Shown here: piece after piece, positions 39,813 through 54,330 of the stretch | Position numbering within the stretch: the stretch's first letter is position 1 | How the letters are laid out: every line of letters begins with the position of its first letter | Made by a program: the position numbers and the translations under genes | Assembly (NCBI RefSeq): GCF_009914755.1 | Contig: NC_060925.1 | Reading direction: 5' to 3' (one strand) | DNA length: 64,000 nucleotides | Origin: the human T2T-CHM13v2.0 reference genome, Homo sapiens | The notes under the pieces: generated by a model | Databases searched by the model: none | Seen by the model: only the letters and a program-made list of their open reading frames with translations | Told to the model about the DNA's origin: nothing

Positions 39813-40122
39813 GGCCAGGCCCTGTGGCTCACACCTGTAATCCCAGGACTTTGGGAGGCGGAGGTGGATGGATCATGAGGTCAAGAGATCGAGACCACCC
39901 TGGCCAACATGGTGAAACCCAGTCTCTACTAAAAATTCAAAAATTAGCTGGGCATGGTGGCATGCGCCTGTAGTCCCACCTACTCAGGAGGCTGAGGCAG
40001 GAGAATCTCTTGTACCTGGGAGGCAGAGGGTTGCAATGAGCTGAGATGGGGCCACTGTGCTCCAGCCTGGCGACACAGCGAGACTCCGTCTCCAAAAAAA
40101 AAAAAAAAAAAGAAAGAAAGAA
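39813..40122 (+). mobile_element. AluSc
   Basis: gtcaagagatcgagacc and cagcctggcgac diagnostics; TSD gataaaatttg. Confidence 0.92.
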
Positions 40123-40240
40123 GATAAAATTTGGCAGAGTTGTAGATACAAATATCCATACATTAACAGTGAACAATCTGAAAATAATATTAAGAAAATT
40201 TTATTTAGAATCATATAAAAGAATAAAATATTTAGGAATA

Positions 40241-41191
40241 AAGGACTAACTTTTTATTTCACTTATCTTTTGTAATTTTTATTTTCAATTTCATTTCCTT
40301 CTTCCCTGATCTTGCATATTTCTTTTCTTCTGTTGAGTTTGGGTTTGGTTTGTTCTTGTTTCTCTAGTTCCTTGAGGTGTGACCTTAGATTGTCTATTTG
40401 CGCTCTTTCAGACTTTTTGATGTAGGCATTTAATGCTATGAAATTTCCTCTTAGCATCTCCTTTAGTGTATCCTAGAGGTTTTGAAAGGTTGTGTCAATA
40501 TTGTCATTTAGTTCAAAGAATTTTTTAATTTCCATATTGATGTCATTGTTGACCCAATCATCATTCAGGAGCAGTTTATTTAATTTCCATCTATTTGCAT
40601 AGTTTTGAAGGTTCCTTTTGGAGTTGACTTCCAGTTTTATTTCACTGTGGTCTGAGAGAGTACTTGCTATAGTGTCGATTTCCTTAAATTCATTGAGACT
40701 TGTTTTGTGGCCTATCATATGGTCTATCTTGGAGAAAGTTCCATGCGCTGATGAATAGATGTATTTTCTGTGCTTGTTGGGTAGAATGTTCTGTAAATAT
40801 CTGTTAAGTCTGTTTGTTCCAGGGTATAGTTTAAATTCATTGTTTCTTTGTTAACTTTTTGTCTTGGTGACCTGTCTAGTGCTGTCAGTGGAGTATTGGA
40901 GTCCCCCACTATTGTTGTGTTGCTGTCTATGTCATTTCTTAGGTCTAGTAGTAATTACTGTATAAATTTGGGAACTCCAGTGTTAGGTGCATATATATTT
41001 AGGATTGTGATATTTTCCTGTTGGACAAGGCCTTTTATCATTATATAATGTCCCTTTTTGTCTTTTCTAACTGCTGTTGCTTTGAAGTTTGTTTTGTCTA
41101 ATAAAAGAACAGCTGCTCCTGCTTGCTTCTGGTGTCCATTCACATAGAATGACTTTTTCACCCCTCTATCTTAAGTTTACTTGAGTCCTTA
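40241..41191 (-). mobile_element. L1PB ORF2 endonuclease-region segment (inverted part)
   Basis: ORFs 40263-40457, 40473-40718, 40724-40909 and 40955-41161 are L1 EN/post-EN ([24 protein letters not shown]). Confidence 0.9.
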
Positions 41192-41400
41192 AAGACATAA
41201 GAATGACACAATGGACTTCGGGGACACAGGGGAAAAAGGCAGGAAGGGGATGAAGGTTAAAAGACTACAAATTGGGTTCAGTGTATACTGTTCAGGTGAT
41301 GAGTGCACCAAAATCTCACAGATCACCACTAAGGAACTTACTCATGTAACCAAATGCCACCTATTCCCCAAAAACCTATGGAAATAAAAAAAATTAAAAA
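41191..41400 (+). mobile_element. L1PB1-like 3' end
   Basis: aaagacataagaatgacacaatggacttcgggg...caccaaaatctcacagatcaccactaaggaacttactcatgtaacc...cctatggaaataaaaaaa. Confidence 0.9.
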
Positions 41401-42831
41401 TTAAAGATGATATAAATAAATGGAGAGGCTTCCCATCTTCATAAATTAAAAGGCTTAATATTGCTTAAATAAAATATTATCCAAGTTGACATATAAATTC
41501 AACTAAATCTCTTTCAACATCCCAGTTGGCTTTTTGTTTTTCAGGAATTGCCAAGCTGATCCAAAAATTTGTATGAGAATTCAAGGGACACAGAAGAGCC
41601 AAACAATCTTGAAAAAGAACAAAGACAGAGAATTGTCACTTCTCAATTTAGAAACGTGAGAAAAATCTACAGTAATCAAGACACTGTAATACTGTGGTAC
41701 TGGCACAAGTATAGACAGCTAACAATGGAGTAGAATGTTAAAGTCAGGAAATAAATCTTTACATTTATAGTTAATTGATTTTGAACAATGGTACCAAGAA
41801 AATAAAATGGGGCATAATAATTTTCAACAAACAATGCTGGGACAACTGGATACCCAAAAGAAAAAAGAAAGCAAGAGAGAGCGAGACTTAGCCATTTCTT
41901 CATACCATACATCAAAATTATCTTAAAATTAATCAGAGAGCTAAATATAAGAGCAAAAACTCTAAAACATAGGAGTAAATCTTTATAAATTTGAATTAGG
42001 TGATAATTTCTTAGATACAGCACCAAAAGTGCAAGCAACAAAAGAAAAAAAAATTCAACAAAAAACAACAAAAGAAAAAAATTTCTTTCAATATTGAAAA
42101 CTTTATTCTGTAAATGATATCATCAAGAAAGGGAAAAGACAACCCCCTGCAGGAAAGAAAATGTTTACAAATCATATTATCTGATAAGAGACTTTTATCC
42201 AGAATGTACAAAGAATCCTCCCAACTCAAAAATATAAAAACACCAAATTTAAAAATGGAAGAAGTATTTGAATAGATATTTTTCCAAACAATATATACAA
42301 ATGGCCAATAATACATGAAAAGATTCTCAACATCATTAATCATTAGGGAAATACAAAGCAAAACCACAATGAGATACCAATTCCCACTCACTAGATAAAC
42401 AGTAGTATGCCTTGGCAAGTAGAGAAATCAGCACCCTCATACATTGCTGGGGATAATGAAAAATAGTACAGAAGGTTTCTAAAATAAGCAGTTTCTCAAA
42501 ATGTTTAGCATAAAATATGTATGTGGGTATATATACCTAAGAGCAATGAAAACATATATGCACACAAAAACTTGTTTATGAATGTTCACAGAAGCATTAT
42601 CCCCAGTAACCAAAAGGAGGAAACAACTAAAATGCTTATCAACTGATGAGTAGATAAAGGGTAGTTCCCCTGTGCATAGAACTAAAGTTTAAAACAATTA
42701 ATATGAGTAGTTTTCTAAATACCCAAACAATTTCACGTAAGAGATGCACCATTTGGAACTAGATCTTTTAGTTAGTAAACTATCCTATACATTTGTAGTA
42801 ACAAAAATTGCAGCACAATACAGAGAACCAT

Positions 42832-43184
42832 TGATATGGTTTGGCTGTGTCCTCACCCAAATCTCACCTTGAATTGTAATAATCCCCATGTGTCAAGGGA
42901 GCGGGCAGGTGGAGACAATTGAATCATGGGGGCAGTTTCTCCCATACTGTTCTTGTGTAGTGAATAAATCTCACAATATATGATCGTTTTATAAATGGAA
43001 GTTCCCCTGCACAAGCTGTCTTTTCTGCCGCCACGTAAGATGTGCCTTTGCTTCTCCTTTGCCTTCTATTGTGATTGTAAGGCCTCCCAGCCATGTGGAA
43101 CTGTGAGTCCATTAAACCTCTTTCCTTTATAAATTACCCCGTCTTGGGTATATTTTATTAGCAGGGTGAGAATGGACTAATACA
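42832..43184 (+). mobile_element. THE1B solo LTR
   Basis: tgatatggtttggctgtgtc...ggactaataca; perfect TSD accat. Confidence 0.92.
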
Positions 43185-44481
43185 ACCATTGAGGAGAACG
43201 GAATGCCAGGTCCCCTATTATGTTATAATGGACCCATGGAAATGACTGGTATACCAAAGTGCTGTCACATATTATCACAATCTGCCCTCGATATGCAGAA
43301 GAATGGGGGACATCAAAAGCTGCACTCTTTATTGATTTGATAATGCATGTCCAGGGTGTCTTTATCCAGAAGATCCATATGTTAGAGACTTGAGAAAATA
43401 ACCAAATTAATCATTTATGGATTACTACAGTATAGAGCTGTATTTCTTCACTGAAGATTGTAGGCATGTCTATAATACATCATATGAAGTTAAATATAAA
43501 ACTCTGGTAAATCTAACATTCTATCATTGTCTTAAAACCATGCTACTTCAGGCAAAGATCACTAATTTGGTCTCCCTCAAACCTGGGCTTAAATTTGACA
43601 GGTAAGGTTTTAGGACAGAAAGAAATGGGTACTAGCTGAAACCTGAGGCTGCCTAATACATCTATAATCTGAAGCCAAGTGCCTAAGAAATACATCATGG
43701 ACAACTAAAGGAAAAACAGAGGTCTAACGTCCCTAGAAAATTTTCCTCTCCACTTTTTGTAAGGACCCTCAGAATATTACCTAACAATAGTATAAATGAG
43801 TTGATGAATAAACATTATATGCAAGCCTGGAGTTTCCCCTTTAGAACTTAAAACTTTCAGAGATAGTAGCTTCTACCAAAAAAAAAAAACCTCATTTTTG
43901 CTTAAAAAAATTTTTTTTGCCATTTTACTAAGTTATCAAATTTACTTACATAATTTAATCAAGAACTTACATTAAAATTAAAAAGATAAACTCATGCATG
44001 CAAGAACTGATTTTTACAAATTATTTCTAGTTACAGAGTGAAACTTAATTGGTTCTCTGTAATAATTAACATAGCTGGCTTCCTCAAGTAGTCACTTTGC
44101 TTCAGTTCACTAAAAAATAACTATGTTTAGAAGAGTCGTTGATTCCAACACAGAAAAAGTCTGAATTATGCTCTACTAGTATCTTCTGACAGCGTATATA
44201 AAGCAATACTCCTTAACCGATATGATAGGATAAAACAGAAGCAATTGCATAGTGAACAGGCTTATTCATGTAGGTATTTATTTATACCTGTCTCTTCCCT
44301 AAAAGCGACTGTGCCTACCTATAAACAGCATGTGTGGATAGCCAAGGGTGGCGAGGAAGTGTGAGCACTTTAAATCTGGAAAGAAAACAAAGATAAAGGT
44401 ATAATGGTTAGGGAACATGGCTGTTGAGCAAAGATTTCACTAAAATCTTATTCAAATATTATCTACACCAGGAGTTAAATA

Positions 44482-45490
44482 CAGTCATGAGCTGCATAGC
44501 AACGTTTTGGTTAATGAAGGACTGCATATATACCATGGTGGTCCTATAAGATGATGGTAGAACTAAAAAAATGCTTATGGCCTACAGATGCCCTAGCTGT
44601 TGTAATGTTATAAAGCAAAGCATTATTCATGCAAATCTATGATTTAAAAAAGGAAAAAACAATGCAAACTGACCACCCTAAACATATTTCTGAAAAAACA
44701 CCTCCTGAAGAAAAGACTCTGGCAGATCCTTTAGGAGTATTCTAGCAGGCATTGTTATCATAGGAGATGACAGCTCCATACATGTTATTGCCCCTGAAGA
44801 CCGCTCAGTGGGACAAGATGTGGAAGTGGAAGGCAATTAAATTGATGATCCTAACCCTGTGTACTCCTAGGTTAATAGGTGTATTTTTGTTTTAGTTTTC
44901 AACACAAAAGTTTAAAAAGCAGATAAACATTTTTATATAGCTATAAGCTGTTATAAAAATAGTAGAAAAGTTAAAATAATTTAAAATTTTACAAAGGAAA
45001 AGTTACAGTAAGCTAAGTTTAATTTATTATGGAAGAAAAAATATTTAAATGAATTTAGTGCAGCCTAAGTATCCAGTGTTTATAAAATCTTTAATAGTGT
45101 ACGGTAATGTCCTATGCCTTTATATTCATTCACCACTCACTCACTCACTCACCCAGGGCAACTCTCAGTCCTGCAATCTCCATTCATGATAAGTACCCTA
45201 CATAGTTTTATCTTTTATACTTAATTTTTACTGTACCATTTTTATGTTTAGATATGTTTAGATACACAAATACTTACTATTGTGTTACAACCACCTACAG
45301 TATTCAGTATAGTAACATGCTCTGTAGATTTGTAGCTTAGGAGCAATAAGGTATAACATCTAGCCTAGGTATTTGGTAGGCTATATGATCTAGGTTTGTT
45401 TAAGTACACTCTGTGATGTTCACACAACACCAAAATCACCTAAGACACATTTCTCAGAACATATCCCAGTCATTAAGCAAAGCATGACTA
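44482..45490 (-). mobile_element. Tigger3b (MER7-type) DNA transposon
   Basis: Terminal inverted repeats cagtcatg...catgacta with TA flanks; right end is the reverse complement of the Tigger3 5' end (cacatttctcagaacatatccc...ttaagc). Confidence 0.88.
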
Positions 45491-46134
45491 TAATCATCAA
45501 GGATCCAGTAAACCAATCAGGTGGCAGTGAAAGCTTTCAGCAACACTTTGGCAATCCTGGAAATCATTTTTCCATTGGGTTTGGTAAAGATGGGTCCTGT
45601 TAGCACTTATTCTTTGGATCTATAACTGAAAGTGTGCTGCTGGAAAGAAATTTCATTTGGCTGTGTTGCTTTACATATAATGTAGTGACAGGGCTTTTCT
45701 TTCTAAAAGTGTAATCTCTTGACCTTCAATTTGGAAAATTTGCATTAACTTCCAACTATGCTACAAAGTGCTTGAATAACATTGAAAAACTTTCTGATGT
45801 TTCAATGCTTTGGTTTACTCTCATAAAAATGGTGACAATATCTGTTCTATCCATACCACAATATTATAGTGTCAATTCAAAAAAAATGTAACTATACAAA
45901 CTACTGGTGTAGACAATGAGAAAAAATTATATTTATAAAAATTTAGTTTCTCTAAATTGATTTCATGCGAACCCTCAAAGCAACTACAGGAACTTTAAAG
46001 GCAAGACTCTGATAGGTTAGAATACTTGTACATTTTATGGTCAAAGAGCAGAAGAGATAAAAGGTAACTTTTTGCCCAGTCAATTAATGACAAATTGAAA
46101 TTTGCACCAGTAAATATGATGGGTCTTGTAAGCA

Positions 46135-46721
<587 letters not shown>

Positions 46722-47147
46722 TTAATCTATTAGTAATTATAATATATTAATTTGTTATTCTCTCACTAGCAGGGCACATAAAGTCTTAAGTACTATAAGG
46801 CCTCTCCAAAGATGAAGCTAAGACTCCAGCTGCAGTACCTCAAATAGGCTCTTTAGCTTGTCATTTATGAAGGTTTGTCGTCTTTACTTTGAACCATTTT
46901 GCTTTTCTTGAAAACTGTGTGTGTGGTGTGTGTAATGTTATTAAAAAGAGAATTAATGGAGAGGTGAAATGGTTACATAGATATGATCATAATGAAAATG
47001 AAATATAGTATTCACATTTGCAGAAAGCAAACATTCTGACTTTCTCAAATCTTGTAATAGAGAATATTTTTAATGCAATAATAAGAAATATTGCAAAATA
47101 TTTAAAACTCTCGATTTTCCAAAAAAAAAGTAGTATTTTATGTTTAG

Positions 47148-47467
<320 letters not shown>

Positions 47468-49115
47468 TTGACAACTATTTTTATGCCTACATTTTTTTCT
47501 GAGAAAACCAGGCCATTCCTCTTGCTTCTAGTTACTGGTTCAGCAACAGTTGCTCTATGCTTACATAGCTGCATTTAATATTTAATTATTTTTCAAAAAG
47601 TGTAAATAATATTTAACAAAAATGATAGTCTCATCAAATTTCAACACTCTTATATTAAAGTGGTTTCTTTAAATGTTCAACAAGTACCTGATCCAAAATG
47701 CATTCAAATATGATAATATGATGATATTCATTTTAAACTAAATAAATATAGCTGCTCTCCTTGGAAGCAATTTTAGTATATCACTTGAAGAATGTTCCAC
47801 TTAAAATTCGGTTTTACCAAGTTGGTTGATTTAATCTTGCTTTATATTCAGATAAACTAGCAGTTATTTACTGCCTGTATGCTAGCTCTTCCACAAGTAA
47901 ATACAATTCACTTTTCTTTCTTTCTTTTCTTTTCTTTTTTTTTTTTTAACTTTCCTCTGCTTGCTTAGCCCATGGTTACTGAAAAGTCAGGGGAAAAAAG
48001 GCACATCTAAAGATAATATGGATTGGATTAAATTTGTAAACAATTTGATAAAGTGATGAACAAAAAAGTCTACTGCAATGGTGTTTGTTCTCTGCTTACA
48101 GGTGCTATACCCTGTACACGAAGTCTGACTCTGCTCATGCCACCTTCCTCCAGCAGAATAGGTGGCTGTTTTACTCACAAGGGTGCCATTAACTTGCAAA
48201 ATAAAGGCAATGAGAAAGGCAGTATTTTTTTTTACAGAAAGATAGAGGGGGTAGTAGGGCACACTCAACGATTTAGGTTAAAGTGGCAGAATAACTCAGT
48301 AATCCCAGGCAAAACTTTGGAGGAAATCCTCATTGTCATGGGGGTTTCTTTCACTAGACCCTACAATCTGTATATACAAAACTTACTGTGGAACCTGGAA
48401 AATAAATGAATATGTTTTCTGGATCATTTTCTAGAAATAGAAGAGAAAAATATATTAGCTGTTTCTATTCCAAGGACTCAGTGTGAATGAAGGCAGGAAA
48501 TGTAACTGAAGCTCACAAGACTCCTTCTCTCATTTTTAAATAGGCACCATACTTCTTTATTCACCTTCATCAAGTCCTCCTCCTGCTCCCTTTATGATAA
48601 ATGCTACTGAAAGAGGTGAAAAAAAGCAGGCTGACATTAATCTTGTTATTTCTGGTTTGGGGGAGGCATAGACACAAGCAGAATAGATGATGTTATGAAA
48701 GGCCTCTGTCTGTAAAGCCAAACCAAGGTGACTTCTATCCTGGAAAGAAATTACAACCAGAATCTTGGCTTCTCTATAGAAGAATCCATGATTCTAGAAG
48801 GCAAAATGATTCTCCCAATTCAGTGATGCATGAAGGTTGAGGGCTTATCAATATTCACACTAGACCTGACATCTGAATTACAAAGTGGACTGGCATGACT
48901 ATAGCATCCAGGAGCTGCAAAAGATAGTGAACCCAAGATGGAAAAGTGGTTCTGAGTCTAGAATTTCTGTGTAAGATAGTAGTGACTCTAAAGTAACAGA
49001 GTCTCTAAGTAGCCAGGCTACTAACAGCAATGTAGAGTGCATCACAGGTAAGTTATTGTCCACCTTCTTGGTCAGATCAACCTACACTTATAGTTCAAAA
49101 CTCTTATCTAGATGC

Positions 49116-49533
49116 TGTAGTGAATGGAATAGTACCTGCTAAAAATCTATGTCCATTGGGAACCTCAGAATGTAACCATATTTGGAATTAGTTAAAATGA
49201 GGTCATACTGGATTAGGGATGTGAGCTAAATCCAATGATAGGTGTCATTATATAAACAAGAAAGGACATGTAGAGATACATATAAGGAAGAAGGCCCAAT
49301 GGAGATAGAGGCAGATATTGGAGTGATGCAGCTACAAGCCAAGAAATGCCAAGGATTGCTGGGAGGCAATCAAAGCTCAGAAGAGGCAATCCCTAGATTG
49401 TTCAGAGGTAGCATGGCCCTGTATACACCTTGATTATGGACTTCTGGCTTTCTGAGCTGAGATCATAATTTCTATTGTTTTAAGTCACCTAGTTTATGGC
49501 AATTTGCTGCAGCAGTCCTAGGAAAAAAATATG
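49116..49533 (+). mobile_element. MLT1C LTR
   Basis: gaacctcagaatgtaacc...gaggtcatactggattaggg...gagtgatgcagctacaagccaagaaatgccaaggattgc...gcagcagtcctaggaa. Confidence 0.85.
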
Positions 49534-49539
49534 GATATC

Positions 49540-49800
49540 ATGTCCTGTTTTCAGAAAAGTCTTCTCTGACCATGCTCTGCACTTCATCTCAGTACTCCAT
49601 CTGGCCGAGAAGTTTCTTCTATGTTATCTCATGTTCTTTTCTCTATTACATTTTAATTCAATTCTCAATTTATTTGCCTTTCTTTCTATAAAACCGTAAG
49701 ATATTTGAGAACAAGGATCTTGTCTTATTTATCCTTCTCTCCTCAGAAATTAGATTGGAGACAGAAAGTCTAAATAAGTACTTACAGAATGAATGGATGA
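49540..49800 (+). mobile_element. L2 3' fragment
   Basis: aagtcttctctgacc...gtaagatatttgagaacaagga...gaatgaatggatga. Confidence 0.55.
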
Positions 49801-50226
49801 CTTTTTATTATAATTGAATCATTTACCATTATTTTGAGTGCTTTCTACATATATTTACTGAGATTCATATTATCTGATTTAACTAATAATAAATATCATA
49901 ATCTTCTGTTTACACCCACAGTAATTTATTGTGCTAGGTGCTGAGAATACCATAATTTAAACAGACATGACCCCTGCCTTAAAAATATGCAAACTAGTAG
50001 GATGAATTTTTTAAAAAAGAGACATCCCTTAGAATTCGGATTAGGTCAGATGAATTCCAAAACTTTTGCCTTCAACCACTTGGATATAATGTCTTTCCAC
50101 AAGAGAAAGAGGGTGATTCTTTCTATGTAATTTTTATTTGTGTTTGGAAAGAGAATGCCAGTATTGACTGGTGTGTACTAATAGTGGTTTTTATGAATTT
50201 CAAGTCTACTAAAGCTTACCCACATA

Positions 50227-50373
50227 CGGTGGCCCTCAAACTATGGCAAGCATGATAATCACCAGTGATTCTTTAGATATATCCCAAAAAGGTCTGTATT
50301 GAAATCCAAAGATGTATCTTTTAACAGCCTTCCCTGGTGATTTTAATTTCAGCTATGCCTTTGAGAAACACTG
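50227..50373. mobile_element. MER5A-like hAT MITE
   Basis: cggtggccctcaaact...aatcacc...ttttaacagccttccctggtgatt...tttgagaaacactg with terminal inverted repeats. Confidence 0.65.
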
Positions 50374-50553
50374 CTCCTGGAATTCTGTAAAACACTCACA
50401 GAGAAACATATGTTGTTTGTTCCAACTTATGTATCTTTGTTCATACCATGGCCACACTGTAAAATGTGCTACCAATTTTTCCTCTACCACACTGAAAAAA
50501 GTTTCTCAAATTAATGTTTAAGTCTCACAAACTTTCTTAACCATTTAATATCA

Positions 50554-50587
50554 CACTAATTATTTCTATCACTAATTATTTCTATCA
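50554..50587. repeat. 16-bp tandem duplication
   Basis: cactaattatttctat x2. Confidence 0.9.
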
Positions 50588-52744
50588 TAAGTACATAGCA
50601 CTTATGATGCAATTGCCATTTTATTCTATTTTACTATTTTTGCCTATATTCAAATTATCAAGTACCTGCGATATACACGGTTGACATTAAATACCTTATT
50701 TTAAATAAATGTGTATTTAAATTAATATGACAGGGACATAAGTAAGTTTAGCAAGCTAATTTATTTATAATTATCTAGGAATATATTATTTTGTATCTAC
50801 TCAGAGATACTGGTTTATAGAAACTTTTAACAAAACATATAGAAATTATAAAGCACTATAATTATATTGTGCCTATTTCAAAAATTTTCTTGGAAAATTT
50901 AATATTCATACATAATATTATTTGGACTGAGGAAGCTATTAAGCCCAAGTAACATAACTGCATGTGCTGAAAGTGGTTTCAACTGCACATATATAACCAA
51001 AAACCATAGTAACAGAAGATTTCATTAGTATCATATTGATATTATAGGTTGAAAAAAAGAGTGCTTAAAAAATCTTAGTGAGACTGATCTCTTCATAAAC
51101 AGTCTGCAATGCAAGCTACATTTACATGAATTACTAATGAAGTGAAATGCATTGCACACTGCACTCAGACTGAGTTCACAAATGTGGAGTTCACTGGCAT
51201 AATAAGTGGCGGACATGGCAAAAGCTTTTCTAATTCTAAAATTTATTCAATTCTCTATACATCTACCCTTTCATCAGTTAGTCCTCCTGAACCTTGATTT
51301 TAAATATTGATTTTGCTTTTGCACTTTTAAATACAAGTAATGATTCCCTTTTATTTTTCACTCACACCTGCAAAATCCCACTTGGATTAATCTAGTGATT
51401 TATTGAAAATGAGCACATTGATCTTCTTTTACCCTTCTCTTCTTGGCTTTGTATGGGTACTCCTGGACCCAACATCAGCAGTAGTATCTAATATTTAAAA
51501 CTCTGTAGAGACTAAGCCTCCCTGGTTGAAAATAAATTGCTGTTCATTTTGGTCAAGCTCAATTGGTTTTCTAGAACAAGGCTAAGTTTCATGATGATGT
51601 CATGCCACTCAGTTCCTGGTGGAAAAAATTGATCGATTGATCTTTCTCAGAATGTCAGAGGAGCAATGCACAGAACACAAGATGTGAGCCATGGTGGGAT
51701 TCCTGGGTTGTCTTTGTGGTGAGATTTAAAAACCTAGGCAAGAAGGCAAACATGACTGTTGTGATGATACATGTCTTGGTAGGGTGGCTTCTTCAATTGT
51801 AGGAGGTCATGTCACATAAACACTCTAAACAACATGTATTGGGTAAAATAATTACTGCCAGGTTACTTACAGAAAATTCTGAAGAGAGATTTCTTCAAAT
51901 AGCATATCATCTTTCTTGAATACAGACTATACCCAGATTTTCAGGGGCATTTATCCAACTATAAAACTTCTTGCACGTTGCTATTTTTTAAGCATGTGCT
52001 AATGAGAATATCTTAAAATATATAAAATGGCTCACAACCAACAAATATCTTACCCAGATAATGCTGACTATTAAAATTTGTAGATGCAGATCTTGGAAAG
52101 CATGTAAAAAAGCATTTGAGGTTTTTTCTTTTCATATGAAAAGCATGGATATCAGCTCTGGACACTCAAGCTGGTCTTACATTTCGCTCTTTCAGTATTG
52201 ATTTATTCGACACCTATAAGTGATAAGCATGTACCAGAGCCCGGGGCCACATGGTGAATATAGTATTATTTCCCAGCATCAGAGAGTTAATGATATACTA
52301 AGATGGATTGAATACAGTTTGATGAGTGCTATAAGTTGCTATGTAGCACATATCAAGTTCAGGTATTACCTATCACCAAGTATAAACCTGTTTAAAGGAC
52401 ACCTCACAAAGGCTAGGAGTAGGGGGTGGGGCCAGAGAAGACTTTCTTTGAGAAAAGAAAATGGCTGTTTCAAAATCATCATTCAGTTTCCTATGAATTG
52501 CTCTACCTCCTCTGGACTAATTAACCTCAAATTAGGTCTCTTATAATTCTTCTAAGAATCTCATTTCAGTTTGATGTTAACAGAATATTTTCCTTAACGT
52601 TTCTTTTTTAAAAAAATACTATTTACTTTCTTTGTTGAAATATACATGGTTTAAACAGATTATAGAAAACTTTTTTTAAAGACATAGTTACTCTTCAAAT
52701 ATCTAACACTTCTCACAAGATATTAAGGTAGTACTATGAAGAGA

Positions 52745-52806
52745 AACACACACAGACATATCCATATATATACATATACACAAACACACATGCTGTATTC
52801 TCTCTA

Positions 52807-52837
<31 letters not shown>

Positions 52838-52921
52838 GGCACCATAAAGATAATATTATGATAAATACGTATATGATATGCTGTATATATATATATATAT
52901 ATATATATATGAAGAGAGAGA
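52745..52921. repeat. Compound microsatellite (CA)n/(TA)n/(TC)n/(TA)n/(GA)n
   Basis: Direct reading. Confidence 0.9.
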
Positions 52922-53008
52922 TTGGTTAGAAAGTTAGATCTTTTCAATAACTTAGGTAGAAATTATGTTCACTTAATATGAGAAAGAATGGAGGGGCTAG
53001 ATGAAATG

Positions 53009-53056
53009 AATGAAATGCTAGGAAGACAATTTTAATGAAATGCTAGGAAGACAATT
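53009..53056. repeat. 25-bp-period tandem duplication
   Basis: aatgaaatgctaggaagacaatt x2. Confidence 0.9.
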
Positions 53057-53989
53057 AAAAAATATCTATAGTAGTTATGTATAGATTTCTTCTATGCAAT
53101 TACATACCAAGAGGCAAAGCCTGAACAGAAACCCAGGTTGTCTGCCTGATAGTCCATTTTTTTGTATTCAAAATAATTTGGGTTGTCATAGACCAAAAAA
53201 TAAAAAATACTTAGCTCTGCATAGTTTTCCCAACTCTACATAGTTTCCCAGCTCTGCACAGTATGTTTTACTGTTTGAGTACAGACTAGATCCCCTGGCG
53301 ATAAGTGGGATAAATGTAAAATTATTACTATACAGACACCAAGCATCTATGTTCTTTATGCTCAAACAGCAGAAGCAGCAGTTGAGAATGAAGTTGTGTA
53401 CGGACTCTGATTTCCAGATACCCACCTCCATGCAGAGCAGTGATAATAACATTGCACTCCTTTCTTCCTTTGTTCTCTGCAAGGGAAACAGATGTATTCA
53501 CTGACCACAGCATTGCCATTGCTATCTTAGTGGTAATGGAAACTTCCTTGTGAGATCTTGCTAGACTTGGAAGCTTCTTTTTATTATTCATAAATAGAAA
53601 TATGCACAGAACACAGTGGCACTTCAGATAATTTTTTTCTTGTATTTCCCTAGGATTAGATTGTCCTAGGAACATATTTCAATTGAATTTTGAATGACAG
53701 AAGTTGTTTGAAGTTATAATTTGGCAACCAGCATTTGCCATTTGTCACAATAATCGATCAATTAATCTATCATTCAAACAAGTAGAATGCTATTCTGAGT
53801 CCTACACTATCTACCCAGGAAAGTATACAGAGTGGTAGCAGGGAAATTAACTCGTATATTTCCTCATTTTCTGTTAAGTTCAAAGTGGATTTCTATGACA
53901 GTTGTAGACATTTTTGGAAGCTATAAAGCTGCTTGAAAACAGAAGGATTTGTGCCCCATAAAGGTAATATTTCTATAAATACTTAGATG

Positions 53990-54330
53990 ATATTCATGCA
54001 TTTATTCATTCAACCAAAATACATTAAACCATCCTTTTAAGAGCTTGGAACATGGATGCCATTATAAGATATTGGCCCTACTTTCCATAGAGTTACTGTC
54101 TAATATGAGAACAAATAACTTCAGTATGTGTACTTTGAAGAGAATAAAAATGTATTATTACAATTGTTACTGTACAGGAAGCATGTGGTTCTCTAGGAAT
54201 ATGTAAAAGAGGCATTTTACTCAGAATGAGAGAGAAGATATTACCAGGTAATATTTCTCAAAGGTGGCAATTGAATTGAATCCTCAAAATATTTCAAAGA
54301 AAAGTGCAATGAAATCTTGAAAGAGGTGTG
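53990..54330 (-). mobile_element. L2 fragment
   Basis: attcatgcatttattcattcaacc tail; gagttactgtctaatatgag. Confidence 0.5.

Larger units (their letters stand above)
32350..42660 (+). mobile_element. Old LINE-1 (L1MD/L1MB-type), 5'UTR through ORF2 and part of 3'UTR, fragmented by at least nine later insertions
   Basis: L1MDa-like 5' region 32350-33600; ORF1-like 33650-35050; ORF2-like pieces at 35110-36220, 37214-37486, 38524-39055, 39592-40240 and 41400-42400, collinear across the inserts. Confidence 0.8.

Noticed and set aside
47987-48409. Overlapping 93-aa and 118-aa ORFs
   Set aside because: No recognisable domain or coding bias; chance ORFs
48900-49100. Possible L3/CR1 relic
   Set aside because: Similarity too faint to support without an alignment
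53186-53675. 98-aa and 115-aa minus-strand ORFs
   Set aside because: No homology recognised and no convincing splice structure
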